A stretch of 64,000 nucleotides of DNA, taken from the NCBI GenBank assembly GCA_020848035.1, contig JADLAX010000026.1:256180-320179 (forward strand), in the 5' to 3' direction. A model generated the notes under the pieces. That model had not been told where the DNA came from and ran no database searches. It was given only the letters and a program-made list of their open reading frames with translations. The first letter of the stretch is position 1, and each line of letters begins with the position of its first letter. A program made the translations under genes and the position numbers. The DNA comes from Anaerolineae bacterium. GTDB taxonomy: Bacteria > Chloroflexota > Anaerolineae > Promineifilales > Promineifilaceae. Shown piece by piece: positions 1 through 9,785 of this stretch.

Positions 1-2106
1 GGTAATGTCGATCGGCCCCAGGTTCAGCGTAGCGTTGCCCGTTTCCAGGAACGTTAAATCGAGCGAAGCCGATTGGCCCACCTGTACGCCGCCAAAATCC
101 AGCGGCCCCGGCGCAGCCGGCTGCGAAGCAAAACCAGGCACCGGCAGCGCCTGCACGTTACAGAGGAGGTTGTAGGTCACGGATGGGTGTGCCGGGTCAT
201 TGGTGCTTAAGGTCAACGTAGCCGTGCGGCTGCCCACCGCATTGGCATTGCAGCGCAGCTCCACGTCCTGGCTGCCGCTGGCGATGTTCAGCGGGAAGGC
301 CGTCAGCACCGAAAACTCACCCGGATTGGCCCCGCCAATCGTCGGATTGCTCACCGTCAGCGTGGTGTTGCCCGTTTCAAAAATGGTAAAGATGGTGTTA
401 ATCGGCACGCCGACGCTAGTGTTGCCCAGATTGATTGGCCCCGGCTGAACCGGCGTGGAGCCGTACCCGGCCACCGCCGGATCAGCTTCAAACGCGCCGA
501 TGTCGCAAGCCAGCCCTTTGGGGCGCGGATCGCCGCGCTGGTCTTCGCCATCAACCGGGCTGTCGGCGCAGGCGACATTATCGCCCGCGTCACGCGCCGG
601 GCTGCCGCTGCCCAGGGCCATCGTCAGCAGCGAGGCAATCGCCCCGCCGTTAAACGAAGGCGGCTCCAGCAGCGGATCGGCGCTGGAGATGCCAGCGCCA
701 CAGGCCGTGCCCGGATATTGCAGATTACTGCCGAGGTTTAACGGCAGCTCGGCGGCGCAGGTGCCACCGCTGCCGCTGCTGCCCTCGGCCACGATACTGT
801 TCACCAGCTTAACCTGGTGCAGGTGGTTGTTGTCATCGTTGAGGTTGTAAATCGCCCCGCCGGAGCTGGCAATGTTGCCCGAAATCGTCACGTTTTCTAG
901 CGTGGTGATGGTATCACGCGGATCGTCGTTGCTGTACAGTGCGCCCCCCAAACCGTCATCGGCGATGTTGGCAAAAAAGGAGCTGTTGGCCAGCTCAATG
1001 GTGCTGCCCAGGTTGAAGATCGCCCCACCATTACCCGCATTGGTAAAGTCACTGGAAGCGATGTTGGCGTTGAAGGCCGTTTTAGACAGGTTGAGCGTGG
1101 CGGTGTAGGCATAGATGGCCCCGCCACGGCCGTTTTTCACCCCGCCCGAAATGTTGCCGTTAAACGAGCTGTTGCTCACGTTGACCGGAATATCCCCGGT
1201 GAGATACAGCGCCCCACCCTGGCCGCCGGGCGTCAGGTTGCCGTTAAAGGCGGTGCGCTCGATGTTGACGCTGTTATCTTCGTAGTTGTTCTCGACAAAG
1301 ATGGCCCCACCGCCATGCCCCGTTTGTGTACCTTGGGCAATGTTGCCGGAGAAAACGCTGTCGGTAATGTTCATCGGCGACGTGGTGATGAGGGCAATTG
1401 CCCCGCCCTTTTGCTCGGCAATGTTGCCCGCAAAGTTGGTCCCGGCAATGTTGAGCGACTCTTTGGCACCGCCCTGGAAGTAAATGGCCCCACCCGCCTG
1501 CGCCGCCTTATTGCCTGCAAAATTGCTGCCCAAAATGTTCAGCTCCGCGCTGGTCAAAATTGCGCCGCCGCTCACGGTGGATTCATTGCCAATGAAGGAA
1601 GTACCCACCACATTAATTTTGCCGTCGCCATTGCCCTGAATGGCCCCGGCGAAGCCGCTTTTGCCATTTTGCAGGGTCAGGTTCATCACGGTAAAACGGC
1701 CGCTGCTGGACACAATAAAAAAGTTAGTCGCCTGGTTGCCATCCAGGATGATGGGGCCAGAAATCGTTATCTCCGAATTGATGTACATCGGCTCGACAAA
1801 CGTAATCGCCCCGGACACGCTGAACGTGATCGTGTCTGCGCCGTTCCCGGCGGGGCAGTCCGCCCCGTTGTTGAGGCTGACGGCCGCATTGTTGTTGGCC
1901 GCCTCCACCGCTTCGCGCAGCGAACATTGGCCGTCGTCAATGGAAGGATCATCAATTGGTTTGTCGGTCAGGGTATTAACGGTGAGGGAACCAGCCTGTA
2001 CCGGCTGGTCAGTGAACAAAAAGAGGACGGTTAAGAGGAGAACGGCCGTTCTCACCCCCCATTTCCCCCAAAAAGGCACAACAGCACGAACGTCTTGCCA
2101 ATACAT
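1..2106 (-). CDS. Secreted CSLREA-domain / right-handed beta-helix (GGAI-repeat) protein; C-terminal part runs off the window
   Basis: Not in the ORF track because it is open to position 1. I checked every plus-strand triplet in frame 1 from 1 to 2106 and found no TTA/CTA/TCA, so 702 codons are open on the minus strand. ATG at 2106..2104 with AAGGAG 7 nt upstream. Translation: MYWQDVRAVVPFWGKWGVRTAVLLLTVLFLF, DGQCSLREAVEAANNN, then GGAIYFQ/GGAIALI/GGAIFVE/GGALYLT/GGAIYAY/GGAIFNL/GGALYSN/GGAIYNL turns and Ig-like modules. Confidence 0.8.
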   Translation of the reverse strand, partial: MYWQDVRAVVPFWGKWGVRTAVLLLTVLFLFTDQPVQAGSLTVNTLTDKPIDDPSIDDGQCSLREAVEAANNNAAVSLNNGADCPAGNGADTITFSVSGAITFVEPMYINSEITISGPIILDGNQATNFFIVSSSGRFTVMNLTLQNGKSGFAGAIQGNGDGKINVVGTSFIGNESTVSGGAILTSAELNILGSNFAGNKAAQAGGAIYFQGGAKESLNIAGTNFAGNIAEQKGGAIALITTSPMNITDSVFSGNIAQGTQTGHGGGAIFVENNYEDNSVNIERTAFNGNLTPGGQGGALYLTGDIPVNVSNSSFNGNISGGVKNGRGGAIYAYTATLNLSKTAFNANIASSDFTNAGNGGAIFNLGSTIELANSSFFANIADDGLGGALYSNDDPRDTITTLENVTISGNIASSGGAIYNLNDDNNHLHQVKLVNSIVAEGSSGSGGTCAAELPLNLGSNLQYPGTACGAGISSADPLLEPPSFNGGAIASLLTMALGSGSPARDAGDNVACADSPVDGEDQRGDPRPKGLACDIGAFEADPAVAGYGSTPVQPGPINLGNTSVGVPINTIFTIFETGNTTLTVSNPTIGGANPGEFSVLTAFPLNIASGSQDVELRCNANAVGSRTATLTLSTNDPAHPSVTYNLLCNVQALPVPGFASQPAAPGPLDFGGVQVGQSASLDLTFLETGNATLNLGPIDIT

Positions 2107-2138
2107 ACAGTCGCTCCTTGGAATATTCAGGATTAAAA

Positions 2139-2171
2139 AGATTGGCCCAATCTGGCAGATTGGGCCAATCT
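2139..2171. repeat. Two adjacent copies of the 15-bp palindrome AGATTGG-N-CCAATCT
   Basis: AGATTGGCCCAATCT (2139..2153) and AGATTGGGCCAATCT (2157..2171), 33-65 nt upstream of the CSLREA gene start. Confidence 0.85.
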
Positions 2172-2226
2172 GAGAGAGTGGTTGAGGTGCAACACCTTAC
2201 AAAAGTGCGTCGCACCAGGCAGAAAT

Positions 2227-2255
2227 GAGGGTGGAGACGCACCTTCTCCACCCTC
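2227..2255 (-). terminator. Terminator-like hairpin after the lipoprotein gene
   Basis: GAGGGTGGAGA / TCTCCACCCTC 11-bp stem with a 7-nt loop. Only a weak T-tract on the minus strand. Confidence 0.4.
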
Positions 2256-2271
2256 TGGCTCCAGAGGTGGT

Positions 2272-2745
2272 TTAGTTGGTTGCCAGCGACATAATCAGCA
2301 GGAAGTCGCCGTCAGACGTGGCATCCTCCGCCACGCGAATCAGGGTCAGGGTCTGCTTACCCTGCGACCAGATGGCCGTCTGGAATAAATCGTTACCCTC
2401 GTTCACTGAGCTCATCACATCCCCGGCAATGTCCCCGGCAATGCCGCCCAGGCCGCTTTCCCAGCCCTCGCCGCCCAGTTTGTCGTTGTAGAAGCTCTCG
2501 ACATCGTCCCAGCTGGCACCATCCGGCAGGCGGTAGGCCATCTGCTCAATCTGGCCGCCCACGCCGGCGCTGTTGCGAATCTGCGCATCTTGCACCATGT
2601 TGTTTACCAGCGTATCGGCCACTGGATCTGAACCCGGTTCCAAAGCAGTGGCGTCTGGGTACGCCGGGATGTCACCAATGGCAACTTCACTGCTGCAAGC
2701 CACCAAAAAGACGAGAATAACCAATAAAAATGCTAACTTTTTCAT
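2272..2745 (-). CDS. Small lipoprotein of unknown function
   Basis: MKKLAFLLVILVFLVAC: signal peptide plus lipobox Cys. 157 aa. No recognisable catalytic motif. Confidence 0.7.
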   Translation of the reverse strand: MKKLAFLLVILVFLVACSSEVAIGDIPAYPDATALEPGSDPVADTLVNNMVQDAQIRNSAGVGGQIEQMAYRLPDGASWDDVESFYNDKLGGEGWESGLGGIAGDIAGDVMSSVNEGNDLFQTAIWSQGKQTLTLIRVAEDATSDGDFLLIMSLATN

Positions 2746-2885
2746 GTTTTACTCCTATAACTCACTAAAGGTTGTTAAGCGCTTTGTCGGTTGACAGTGT
2801 AGGAGAGTAAAAAGGGGCAGTCAGTGTCAGTAACTGTTACCATTTTCGACACAATTCTGGGCGGCAACTGCTATAATGCGGGGCG

Positions 2886-5321
2886 ATGTCAACGCCGAAC
2901 ACCTTCCCCACCTGGCTCAAACGTCGCCGCAAAGCGCTGGACCTCACCCGTGAGGAGTTGGCCCGGCAGGCGCACTGTTCGGTCAGCACGATTCGCCGCC
3001 TGGAAGCGGGTGATTTACGCCCCTCCACCCAGCTTGTGGGTTTACTGGCCACCGCCCTCCATCTAGCGCCCAACGAAACAGAAGCGTTTGCCCTCTTTGC
3101 TCGCGGTTTTAGCCAGACACCGCCCACCCCAGACCTTTATTCACCAACGGGCAGCACGGCCGTTTCCCCCGCCAGGCCCGCCCCTGAACCCACCCAGGGC
3201 GACCTGCCCGCCCCGCTCACCAGCTTTGTCGGGCGCAAACAGGAATTAACGGCCGTTTGCGATCTACTCCACGAGCCCGATGTGCGCCTGCTTACCCTCA
3301 CCGGACCGCCCGGCACCGGTAAAACCCGGCTCAGCCTGGCCGCCGCCAATCAGCTGGCCACCGACCTGCCCCACGGCGCATTTTTTATCCCCCTCGCCCC
3401 CATCACCGACCCCGAGCTGGTGCTGGTCACCATCGGCCAGGTGCTGGGCGTCACCGAACCAACACGCGCCGGGGATGGCCTGGCCCCCTTGCAGCAGGCA
3501 CTCAAAGAGTTTTTGCGACCGCGCCGTCTGCTGCTGGTATTAGACAACTTCGAACAAGTTACCAGTGCCGCCGCCGTCGTCACCGACCTGCTGGCGGCCG
3601 CCCCTGGCCTGAAAATCCTGGTCACCAGCCGCGAACGGCTGCGCGTCTACGGCGAGCATGAATTCCCTGTGCCGCCGCTGCCCCTGCCCGACGTCAACCA
3701 TTTACCGGCCGGTACGGCCGTTACCTACCTTTCCCGCTACCCCTCCATTCGCCTTTTCCAGGAACGCGCCCGCGCCATCCGGCCCGATTTTCGCCTGACC
3801 GACGACAACATCGCCGACGTGGCCCGCATTTGCGCCTGGCTCGATGGCCTGCCGCTGGCCATCGAAATGGCCGCCGCCCAGGTAAAATGGCTTAGCCCCG
3901 CCCAGGTTTTTGCCCAGCTCAAAACCCGGCTCATTGCCCTCACTGGCGGCCCACGCGACCTGACGCCGCGTCAGCAGTCGCTCAGCGGGGCCATCGCCTG
4001 GAGCTACCACCTGCTGAGCGAACACGAACGCCTCCTCTTTGCCACAATGGGTGTTTTTGTCGGGGGCTGTGACGCCGCCGCCGCCAGCGCCGTCTGGCAG
4101 CAGGCCGCCGCCAGCCTGAACCACCCTACCAGCACGTTAAACGCCGCACCCAGCTTGCAGCTGCTGGCCGAAAAAAGCCTGCTTACGCACCACCCCCAGC
4201 CCGACGGCCAGCCGCGCTACGTCATGCTGGAGACGGTGCGCGAATATGCCCTGGAACAACTCAAAACCGATGGCTGGGAAACGGCCGTACGCCAGGCCCA
4301 CGCCACCTACTTTGCCAGCCAGACGGAAACCGTTTACCGCCACTTCCTGGCCACCAACAACCCGGTTACCTGGCTCAGCCTGCTGGATCGGGAATACCAC
4401 AACCTGCGCGCCGCCATTACCTGGGCCATGGAAACGGCCGTACAAACCCCCACCCCCACCACCATCCACTTTGCCCAGGATCTGGTGGAAAACGTGCAGC
4501 ACTTCTGGTACCTGCGCGGCCAGTTCCACGAAGCACGCCACTGGCTGGCTGAGGCGCTGGCCATCAGCCAGGAAACCAACATCATGCACGCCCTCCTGCT
4601 TAACCGCGTCGGCAAGTTTGCCCGGCTTCAGGGTGATCTGGCGCTGGTGCAAAGCTGTCACGAGCAGGCCCTGGCCATCCAGGAACACCTCGGTGACGAG
4701 CTGGGGCAGTGCCGCTCGCTGGAAAACCTGGCCATTCTGGCCGGAACCCAGGGCGATTACGGCCGTGCCCGCGTCCTGCTCGAACAAACCCTGGCAATTG
4801 ACCGGCGCAGCAACGGAGCCCGCCCCGTTGTCTCCACCCTCAACAACCTGGCCATTGTCCTGCGCCGCCTGGGTGATCCAGACGGCGCGGAGCGGCTGTA
4901 CCTGGAGGGTACCCAGCTGTGCCGCGAAACCAACAACCTCACCTCCCTCAGCTACACGCTGCACGGCCTGGGCGAAGTCAGTCTTGATCGCAGTCAGCCG
5001 GAGGCGGCCCTCACCTACCTGCGGGAGAGCATCACGTTGCGCCATCAATTGAGCGATCGGCCAGAGCTGGCCATTTCTTTGCGGACAATCGGCTTGGCCC
5101 ACATGCAGTTAGGCAATCCGGCCCTGGCAGCCCGTCTTTTTGCCGCTGGTGAACGGCTGCACCAGGAGCTGGGCATGAACCCGGCCGCCACCTACCGTGC
5201 CGAAACGGCCGTAAAAATCAACGAGATTTCTAACCTGCTGGGGGAAGCAGCATTTGCCCGCCTCTGGCAGGAAGGGGGCGAGCTATCACTGGACCAGGCC
5301 GTCAATCTGGCCCTGACATAA
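2886..5321 (+). CDS. STAND-type NTPase regulator: N-terminal XRE-type HTH + NB-ARC/AAA ATPase + C-terminal TPR array
   Basis: HTH LTREELARQAHCSVSTIRRLEAG. Walker A LTGPPGTGKTRL. Walker B LLLVLDNFEQV. C-terminal TPR-like repeats (GDLALVQSCHEQALAI, GDYGRARVLLEQTLAI, GDPDGAERLYLEG). Confidence 0.85.
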   Translation: MSTPNTFPTWLKRRRKALDLTREELARQAHCSVSTIRRLEAGDLRPSTQLVGLLATALHLAPNETEAFALFARGFSQTPPTPDLYSPTGSTAVSPARPAPEPTQGDLPAPLTSFVGRKQELTAVCDLLHEPDVRLLTLTGPPGTGKTRLSLAAANQLATDLPHGAFFIPLAPITDPELVLVTIGQVLGVTEPTRAGDGLAPLQQALKEFLRPRRLLLVLDNFEQVTSAAAVVTDLLAAAPGLKILVTSRERLRVYGEHEFPVPPLPLPDVNHLPAGTAVTYLSRYPSIRLFQERARAIRPDFRLTDDNIADVARICAWLDGLPLAIEMAAAQVKWLSPAQVFAQLKTRLIALTGGPRDLTPRQQSLSGAIAWSYHLLSEHERLLFATMGVFVGGCDAAAASAVWQQAAASLNHPTSTLNAAPSLQLLAEKSLLTHHPQPDGQPRYVMLETVREYALEQLKTDGWETAVRQAHATYFASQTETVYRHFLATNNPVTWLSLLDREYHNLRAAITWAMETAVQTPTPTTIHFAQDLVENVQHFWYLRGQFHEARHWLAEALAISQETNIMHALLLNRVGKFARLQGDLALVQSCHEQALAIQEHLGDELGQCRSLENLAILAGTQGDYGRARVLLEQTLAIDRRSNGARPVVSTLNNLAIVLRRLGDPDGAERLYLEGTQLCRETNNLTSLSYTLHGLGEVSLDRSQPEAALTYLRESITLRHQLSDRPELAISLRTIGLAHMQLGNPALAARLFAAGERLHQELGMNPAATYRAETAVKINEISNLLGEAAFARLWQEGGELSLDQAVNLALT

Positions 5322-5332
5322 AAGGAGCTTTT

Positions 5333-6574
5333 ATGAAGTTACGCGTGAAGTTGTCTGTACTGCTTTGGGGAACGGCCGTTTCCCTCCTCACCCTCGTTAT
5401 TTTCTACCACGCCCACTCCACCCCCGTTTTAGCCGAACAAACCAGTGTCGATACCCTGCTTCCCTACGGCTGTGGCCAGTGGTTTTTCTCTGGCGTCAAC
5501 ATCCCCTGGCAAAATGGCGGCTTTGGCGCCGACTTTGGCACCGTGGAAGAGTGGGGCCAGCACACCTACAGCGCCGGCGCCACCGAAACAATGTTTGCCG
5601 AGCTGTCCAGCGCCGGTGTCAACTCCGTGCGCTGGTGGCTGTTTACCGACGGCCGTGGCGCACCCGAATTTAGCGCCAACAGCGGCGGCAGCGTCACCGG
5701 GCTGGATGCCAACTTCCTGCCCAGCATGGCCAGCGCCATCCAACTGGCCCAGGAATACGATCTCTACCTGGTTTTTACCCTGTGGGATTTCTCCATGGTG
5801 TTTGCCGACAGCACAGCCTTCGGCAGTGGTGAACACTCCGGCTTCCACGGCAATCTCATCACCAACAGCACCGACCGCCAATCGTTTATCAACAACGCCC
5901 TGCTGCCCATGCTGGATTATCCGGTGGGCGGTTACACCATCGGCACCCACCCCAACGTGCTGGCCTGGGAAATCATCAACGAGCCGGAATGGATCATCAC
6001 CAACTTAAACGCGCTAGACGGCCGTGCTGTCCAGCCCGTCACCCTGGCTCAAATGCACCGTTTTGTGGCCGAGCTTTCGTCTGCCATTCACCAAAACAGC
6101 AACCAGATGGTCACCGTCGGCAGCGCCTCGCTCAAGTGGAACAGCGACACAGCTCTCGGTGCCGACGGCAACTTCTGGTCCGATGCCGATCTATCACCCT
6201 ACGCCGCCGATGGCACGCTGGACTTTTACCAGATTCATTACTACGGCTGGATGAACGGCGATGGCGTCAATTGGTCTTACTCGCCGCTGTTTAACAGTGT
6301 CAGCGCGGCCAGCCTGGACAAACCCACCATCGTGGGCGAATTTCCGGCCAACGCCAGCGACACCGGCACCAATCTCAGCGGGCTGCTGAATGGCATCTAC
6401 AACAATGGCTACGCCGGTGCCTGGACCTGGAGCTACGACGGCGTCGATGGCAACGGCAGCTGGAGCAACAGCGCAGCGGCCATGACATCGTTTAACCAGG
6501 CGCACCAGGGGCAAACGGCCGTTACCTTCGCCACGTGCAGCAACCATGTTTACCTCCCCTCCATCGTCAAATAA
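5333..6574 (+). CDS. Secreted glycoside hydrolase family 5 (mannanase/cellulase-like)
   Basis: AAGGAG RBS, signal peptide. Clan GH-A motifs LAWEIINEPEW (acid/base) and TIVGEFP (nucleophile). Confidence 0.8.
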   Translation: MKLRVKLSVLLWGTAVSLLTLVIFYHAHSTPVLAEQTSVDTLLPYGCGQWFFSGVNIPWQNGGFGADFGTVEEWGQHTYSAGATETMFAELSSAGVNSVRWWLFTDGRGAPEFSANSGGSVTGLDANFLPSMASAIQLAQEYDLYLVFTLWDFSMVFADSTAFGSGEHSGFHGNLITNSTDRQSFINNALLPMLDYPVGGYTIGTHPNVLAWEIINEPEWIITNLNALDGRAVQPVTLAQMHRFVAELSSAIHQNSNQMVTVGSASLKWNSDTALGADGNFWSDADLSPYAADGTLDFYQIHYYGWMNGDGVNWSYSPLFNSVSAASLDKPTIVGEFPANASDTGTNLSGLLNGIYNNGYAGAWTWSYDGVDGNGSWSNSAAAMTSFNQAHQGQTAVTFATCSNHVYLPSIVK

Positions 6575-6588
6575 ATAGTACTATGAAA

Positions 6589-6623
6589 AAGCACGGCCGC
6601 TGGTCTTGACAACGGCCGTGCTT
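6589..6623 (+). terminator. Hairpin after GH5, built from two ACGGCCG half-palindromes
   Basis: AAGCACGGCCG (6589..6599) pairs with CGGCCGTGCTT (6613..6623). No T-tract. The loop contains the putative marR -35 box. Confidence 0.4.
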
Positions 6624-6634
6624 CCTGTTATCCT
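6606..6634 (+). promoter_or_regulatory. Putative sigma70-type promoter of marR
   Basis: TTGACA (6606..6611), 17-nt spacer, TATCCT (6629..6634). Confidence 0.5.
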
Positions 6635-6643
6635 GTCAACCAG

Positions 6644-6663
6644 TTTGTTGACTAGTCAACAAA
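6644..6663. promoter_or_regulatory. Putative MarR operator (perfect 9-2-9 palindrome)
   Basis: TTTGTTGAC-TA-GTCAACAAA between the promoter and the marR start. An extra GTCAAC half-site lies at 6635..6640. Confidence 0.55.
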
Positions 6664-6682
6664 CCTCCCTGAGTAGACCAAC

Positions 6683-7171
6683 ATGAGTGATCGTTCACTG
6701 GATGAAACCCTGTATCGTCAATTTCTGACTGTTTTTGTATTGCTCGATGACGGCGACCGGCAGACGTTCAAACAAATCGATCTGACTACCACGCAGTACA
6801 ACTTTCTTCGCACTTTAGCCAATGGCACCCTTGCTAATGGCACGTTGGCGGATGCCGCAGTCAACAACCTTACCGTAACAGAACTGGCAGACAAACTGCT
6901 CTGCACCCGAGGCAACGTCACCCGGCTGGTGCAGCGGTTGAGCAGCAGCGGCCTGATTCAGGTTGGCAGCGACGAACGCGACCAGCGGCTGGTACGCATC
7001 TCGCTCACCGCCGCGGGGCAGGCCAAACTGGCGCAGGCCAGGCAGCTCCACGAAGCATCGATCCAGCGTCGCCTGGCCGGACTCACCCCCGACCAGCGGC
7101 AGCAGCTGATTGAATTGACGGGCGTAGCCGTCCAGCTTTTGCAAACGGACCTGTCTGCCCAATCTTCATAG
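6683..7171 (+). CDS. MarR family transcriptional regulator
   Basis: Winged-helix region VTELADKLLCTRGNVTRLVQRL..DERDQRLVRISLTAAGQ. Contains a 15-nt tandem duplication (LANGT-LANGT, 6815..6844). Confidence 0.85.
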   Translation: MSDRSLDETLYRQFLTVFVLLDDGDRQTFKQIDLTTTQYNFLRTLANGTLANGTLADAAVNNLTVTELADKLLCTRGNVTRLVQRLSSSGLIQVGSDERDQRLVRISLTAAGQAKLAQARQLHEASIQRRLAGLTPDQRQQLIELTGVAVQLLQTDLSAQSS

Positions 7172-7324
7172 CACACAATCAACCTTCTTCGTCGTTTATC
7201 AACCTGGCTGCGAACCTGTTTTCCTGGCGCTTCATTTGGTGCGGGAAAACGGCCGTTCCCGGCCCAACAGCCTGCCTTTTGCGCAGGCCACCCACCCACT
7301 TTCACAACTTGGAGGACTTTCCTG

Positions 7325-9775
7325 ATGCATTTTGCACGCAAACTGTTCGGTTCCGTGGCGTTTCGCGCCCTGTTTGTTCTGGCCCTCGTCAGCCTGATCT
7401 GGCAGACAAGATCGGCCGCCGCCGCTGCCGCCTTCGTTGACCACGGCGGCAATATCGTCCCCTCCGCCCCCACCAGCAGTACGGCCGTCGACTTCTGGGT
7501 ACAGGTCGGCTACCAGGGCTGGGTCACCGACACCCGGCTCTACCTCACCACCGATGGCAGTGAGCCGTCCATCAATCCCACTACCCACGCGGCTCAAGGC
7601 AGCACCCAGGCCATCACCATGAATTACAGCCACACGGAAAATAACATCCTGTGGTACAAAGCCACCGCCGGCCCGTGGGCCAACGGCACCGTCGTGCGCT
7701 ACAAAATCGCCTCCTGGCACAGCGGCGGCGGCGACACCAAGTACGCCGACAGCACCACCGATTGGCCTGTCACTGACCCCACCAAGGCACGTATCTTTGG
7801 CTTCCGCGTCGGTGAAAACCAGCTGCCCTCCTGGATTGGCGGCGCGGTCATCTACAACGTCTTTGTCGACCGCTTTTTTGACGGCGACACGGGCAACAAC
7901 AACTACTGCGCCGAATCCGCCAGCGGCTACTGCAACCACAACCATGCCGTGCATGGTGCCCTGCCCGCCCATCCGCAAGACGATTACCGCTTCACCTACA
8001 ACGGCGGTGACCTGGATGGTGTGGTCGCGCGGCTGGACTATCTGCAAGATTTAGGCATCAACGTGCTCTGGCTCTCGCCCGTATTCGATAACCCCAACTT
8101 CTACACCGACACCAGCTACAACAGCAATGGCAACATCTACTTTACCTACCACGGCTACCACCCCAGCAACCCGCTGGCTGTAGAAGAAGTCTTTGGCACC
8201 CAAGGCGACCTGCAAACCCTGGTCACCCAGGCCACCAACCGCAACATTCGTGTCATCCTGGACTTTGTGCCCAACCACACATCCAGCCAGCACAGCAACT
8301 TCATCAACGCCAGCACCACCTGTGCCGGACCGTTCAGCGCCTGGTACACCTTCAGCTCGTGCAGCACGGCGGCCGACCCCAGCTTTAATGTGACTTTCCC
8401 GGCCGGTTTCAACACCAGCTCGGCCAACTACACCGTTTACGGCTCCAACGACACCAACAAGAGCTTCTTTGGTGTGCTGGAACTGCCGCAAATCAACAAC
8501 GATAACGCCTCAGCCCGCAATTGGGTCATCAACAGCCAGGCCGTTTACTGGCTGAACACCCTGGGCCACGCGGGCTACCGCCTCGACTACGCCCCTGGCC
8601 CCAGCACCGACTTCTGGCGTGAATTCAACAGCACGGTGGGCAACAGCGAAACGTTCACCATTGCCGAAATCTGGCTGGACAACGGCCCGGAAATGATTCG
8701 CCGCCAGCAGGGTCGTATTGATTCGGCGATGGACTTTGAAGCCAATGCAGCCATGGTTGGCTTTTTCACCGGCGGCAGCAGCGTGGATTCGTTGGACAGC
8801 AGCCTGCGCGACCGGGCCAGCTTCTACTACCAGGGCGGCATCTCCCCCAGCGAATTTGTGCGCGGCTGCTTCATCGACAACCACGACATGGATCGCTTCT
8901 CGCACCGCGTTAGCTACAACCTGGCCGACATGAAACAGGGTGCCCTGCTCATGTTCACCCAGCCCTGTGTGCCGGTGATGTACTACGGCAACGAAATTGG
9001 CCTGGGGCAAGAGTTTGGTATGTACCAGTTTGGCGGCGGCCGTCCCGAATACGCCCGCGAGCGCATGGCCTGGGGCTTTTACGACGGCTCGGCCCCGGCT
9101 GAGTGGTACGGCAGCGCCAACACCACCCTGTGGGACTTCTACGAGTCGCTCATTGACGTGCGCAAAAACACGCCAGCGCTGCAAACCTTCAGCCCGGCCG
9201 ACTACATCGCCCTCTACCGCCATAATGCGGACCGCACCTACGCCTACCAGCGTGGCCAGGGCAGCAGCGCCGTCCTGGTAGCCCTCAACGACAGCGGTGG
9301 CAGCCGCACGCTGAACATCCCGAACATCGGCGGCACGTCCCTGCCCTACGCCAACGGCACGGTGTTGGTTGATCTGCTGGGCAGCGGCAAAACCTGTACC
9401 GTGAGCGCCGGAAAATGTGCGGTGACGCTGGATAACAACACCCCCGGTGTGGTCATGGCTCCGCAAAGCGGCGGCAGCAGTGTCACGGTGAATTTCACCA
9501 TTAACGGCTACACCACGCAGTGGGGCCAAAATATGTATGTGGTGGGCAACGTGCCGGAACTGGGCAACTGGAACGTGGCCAATGCCGTGCCGTTGAACTG
9601 GGTAGACAGCGATACCTGGAGCGGCCCAGCCACGTTTACCACCAGCGCCGGGCAGTCGATCCAGTTTAAGTTTATCGTACGCCAGGGCGGTACCACCATC
9701 TGGGAGGGCGGCAGCAACCGGACCTACTCGGTGCCGTCGAGCGGCTCGGGCAGCTACACGGGGTGGTGGCAGTAA
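7325..9775 (+). CDS. Secreted GH13 alpha-amylase-family enzyme with C-terminal CBM20 starch-binding domain
   Basis: GH13 regions DFVPNHTS, GYRLDYAP, AEIWLD, FIDNHDMDRF. CBM20-like tail VTVNFTINGYTTQWGQNMYVVGNVPELGNWN. Signal peptide present. Confidence 0.9.
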   Translation: MHFARKLFGSVAFRALFVLALVSLIWQTRSAAAAAAFVDHGGNIVPSAPTSSTAVDFWVQVGYQGWVTDTRLYLTTDGSEPSINPTTHAAQGSTQAITMNYSHTENNILWYKATAGPWANGTVVRYKIASWHSGGGDTKYADSTTDWPVTDPTKARIFGFRVGENQLPSWIGGAVIYNVFVDRFFDGDTGNNNYCAESASGYCNHNHAVHGALPAHPQDDYRFTYNGGDLDGVVARLDYLQDLGINVLWLSPVFDNPNFYTDTSYNSNGNIYFTYHGYHPSNPLAVEEVFGTQGDLQTLVTQATNRNIRVILDFVPNHTSSQHSNFINASTTCAGPFSAWYTFSSCSTAADPSFNVTFPAGFNTSSANYTVYGSNDTNKSFFGVLELPQINNDNASARNWVINSQAVYWLNTLGHAGYRLDYAPGPSTDFWREFNSTVGNSETFTIAEIWLDNGPEMIRRQQGRIDSAMDFEANAAMVGFFTGGSSVDSLDSSLRDRASFYYQGGISPSEFVRGCFIDNHDMDRFSHRVSYNLADMKQGALLMFTQPCVPVMYYGNEIGLGQEFGMYQFGGGRPEYARERMAWGFYDGSAPAEWYGSANTTLWDFYESLIDVRKNTPALQTFSPADYIALYRHNADRTYAYQRGQGSSAVLVALNDSGGSRTLNIPNIGGTSLPYANGTVLVDLLGSGKTCTVSAGKCAVTLDNNTPGVVMAPQSGGSSVTVNFTINGYTTQWGQNMYVVGNVPELGNWNVANAVPLNWVDSDTWSGPATFTTSAGQSIQFKFIVRQGGTTIWEGGSNRTYSVPSSGSGSYTGWWQ

Positions 9776-9785
9776 GTTAAACACC

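Noticed and set aside
1315-2173. Plus-strand track ORFs 1315..2034 (239 aa) and 1640..2173 (177 aa)
   Set aside because: Their composition is low-complexity and Ala/Gly/Arg-rich. They lie antisense to a verified 702-codon open minus-strand frame that encodes a recognisable CSLREA/beta-helix protein.
4137-5102. 321-aa minus-strand ORF antisense to the STAND gene. The same applies to 7232..8047, 8510..9832, 11689..13131, 13441..14727, 28852..29814, 29851..30921, 33012..34055, 36119..36853, 37073..37882, 37883..38692, 38853..39683, 45859..47004, 53400..54326, 54435..55196 and 58043..58882.
   Set aside because: These are typical shadow ORFs of G+C-rich DNA. Their sequences are Gly/Ala/Arg/Val-rich with no motifs. 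Each lies opposite a CDS with clear family signatures and plausible RBS and start sites.
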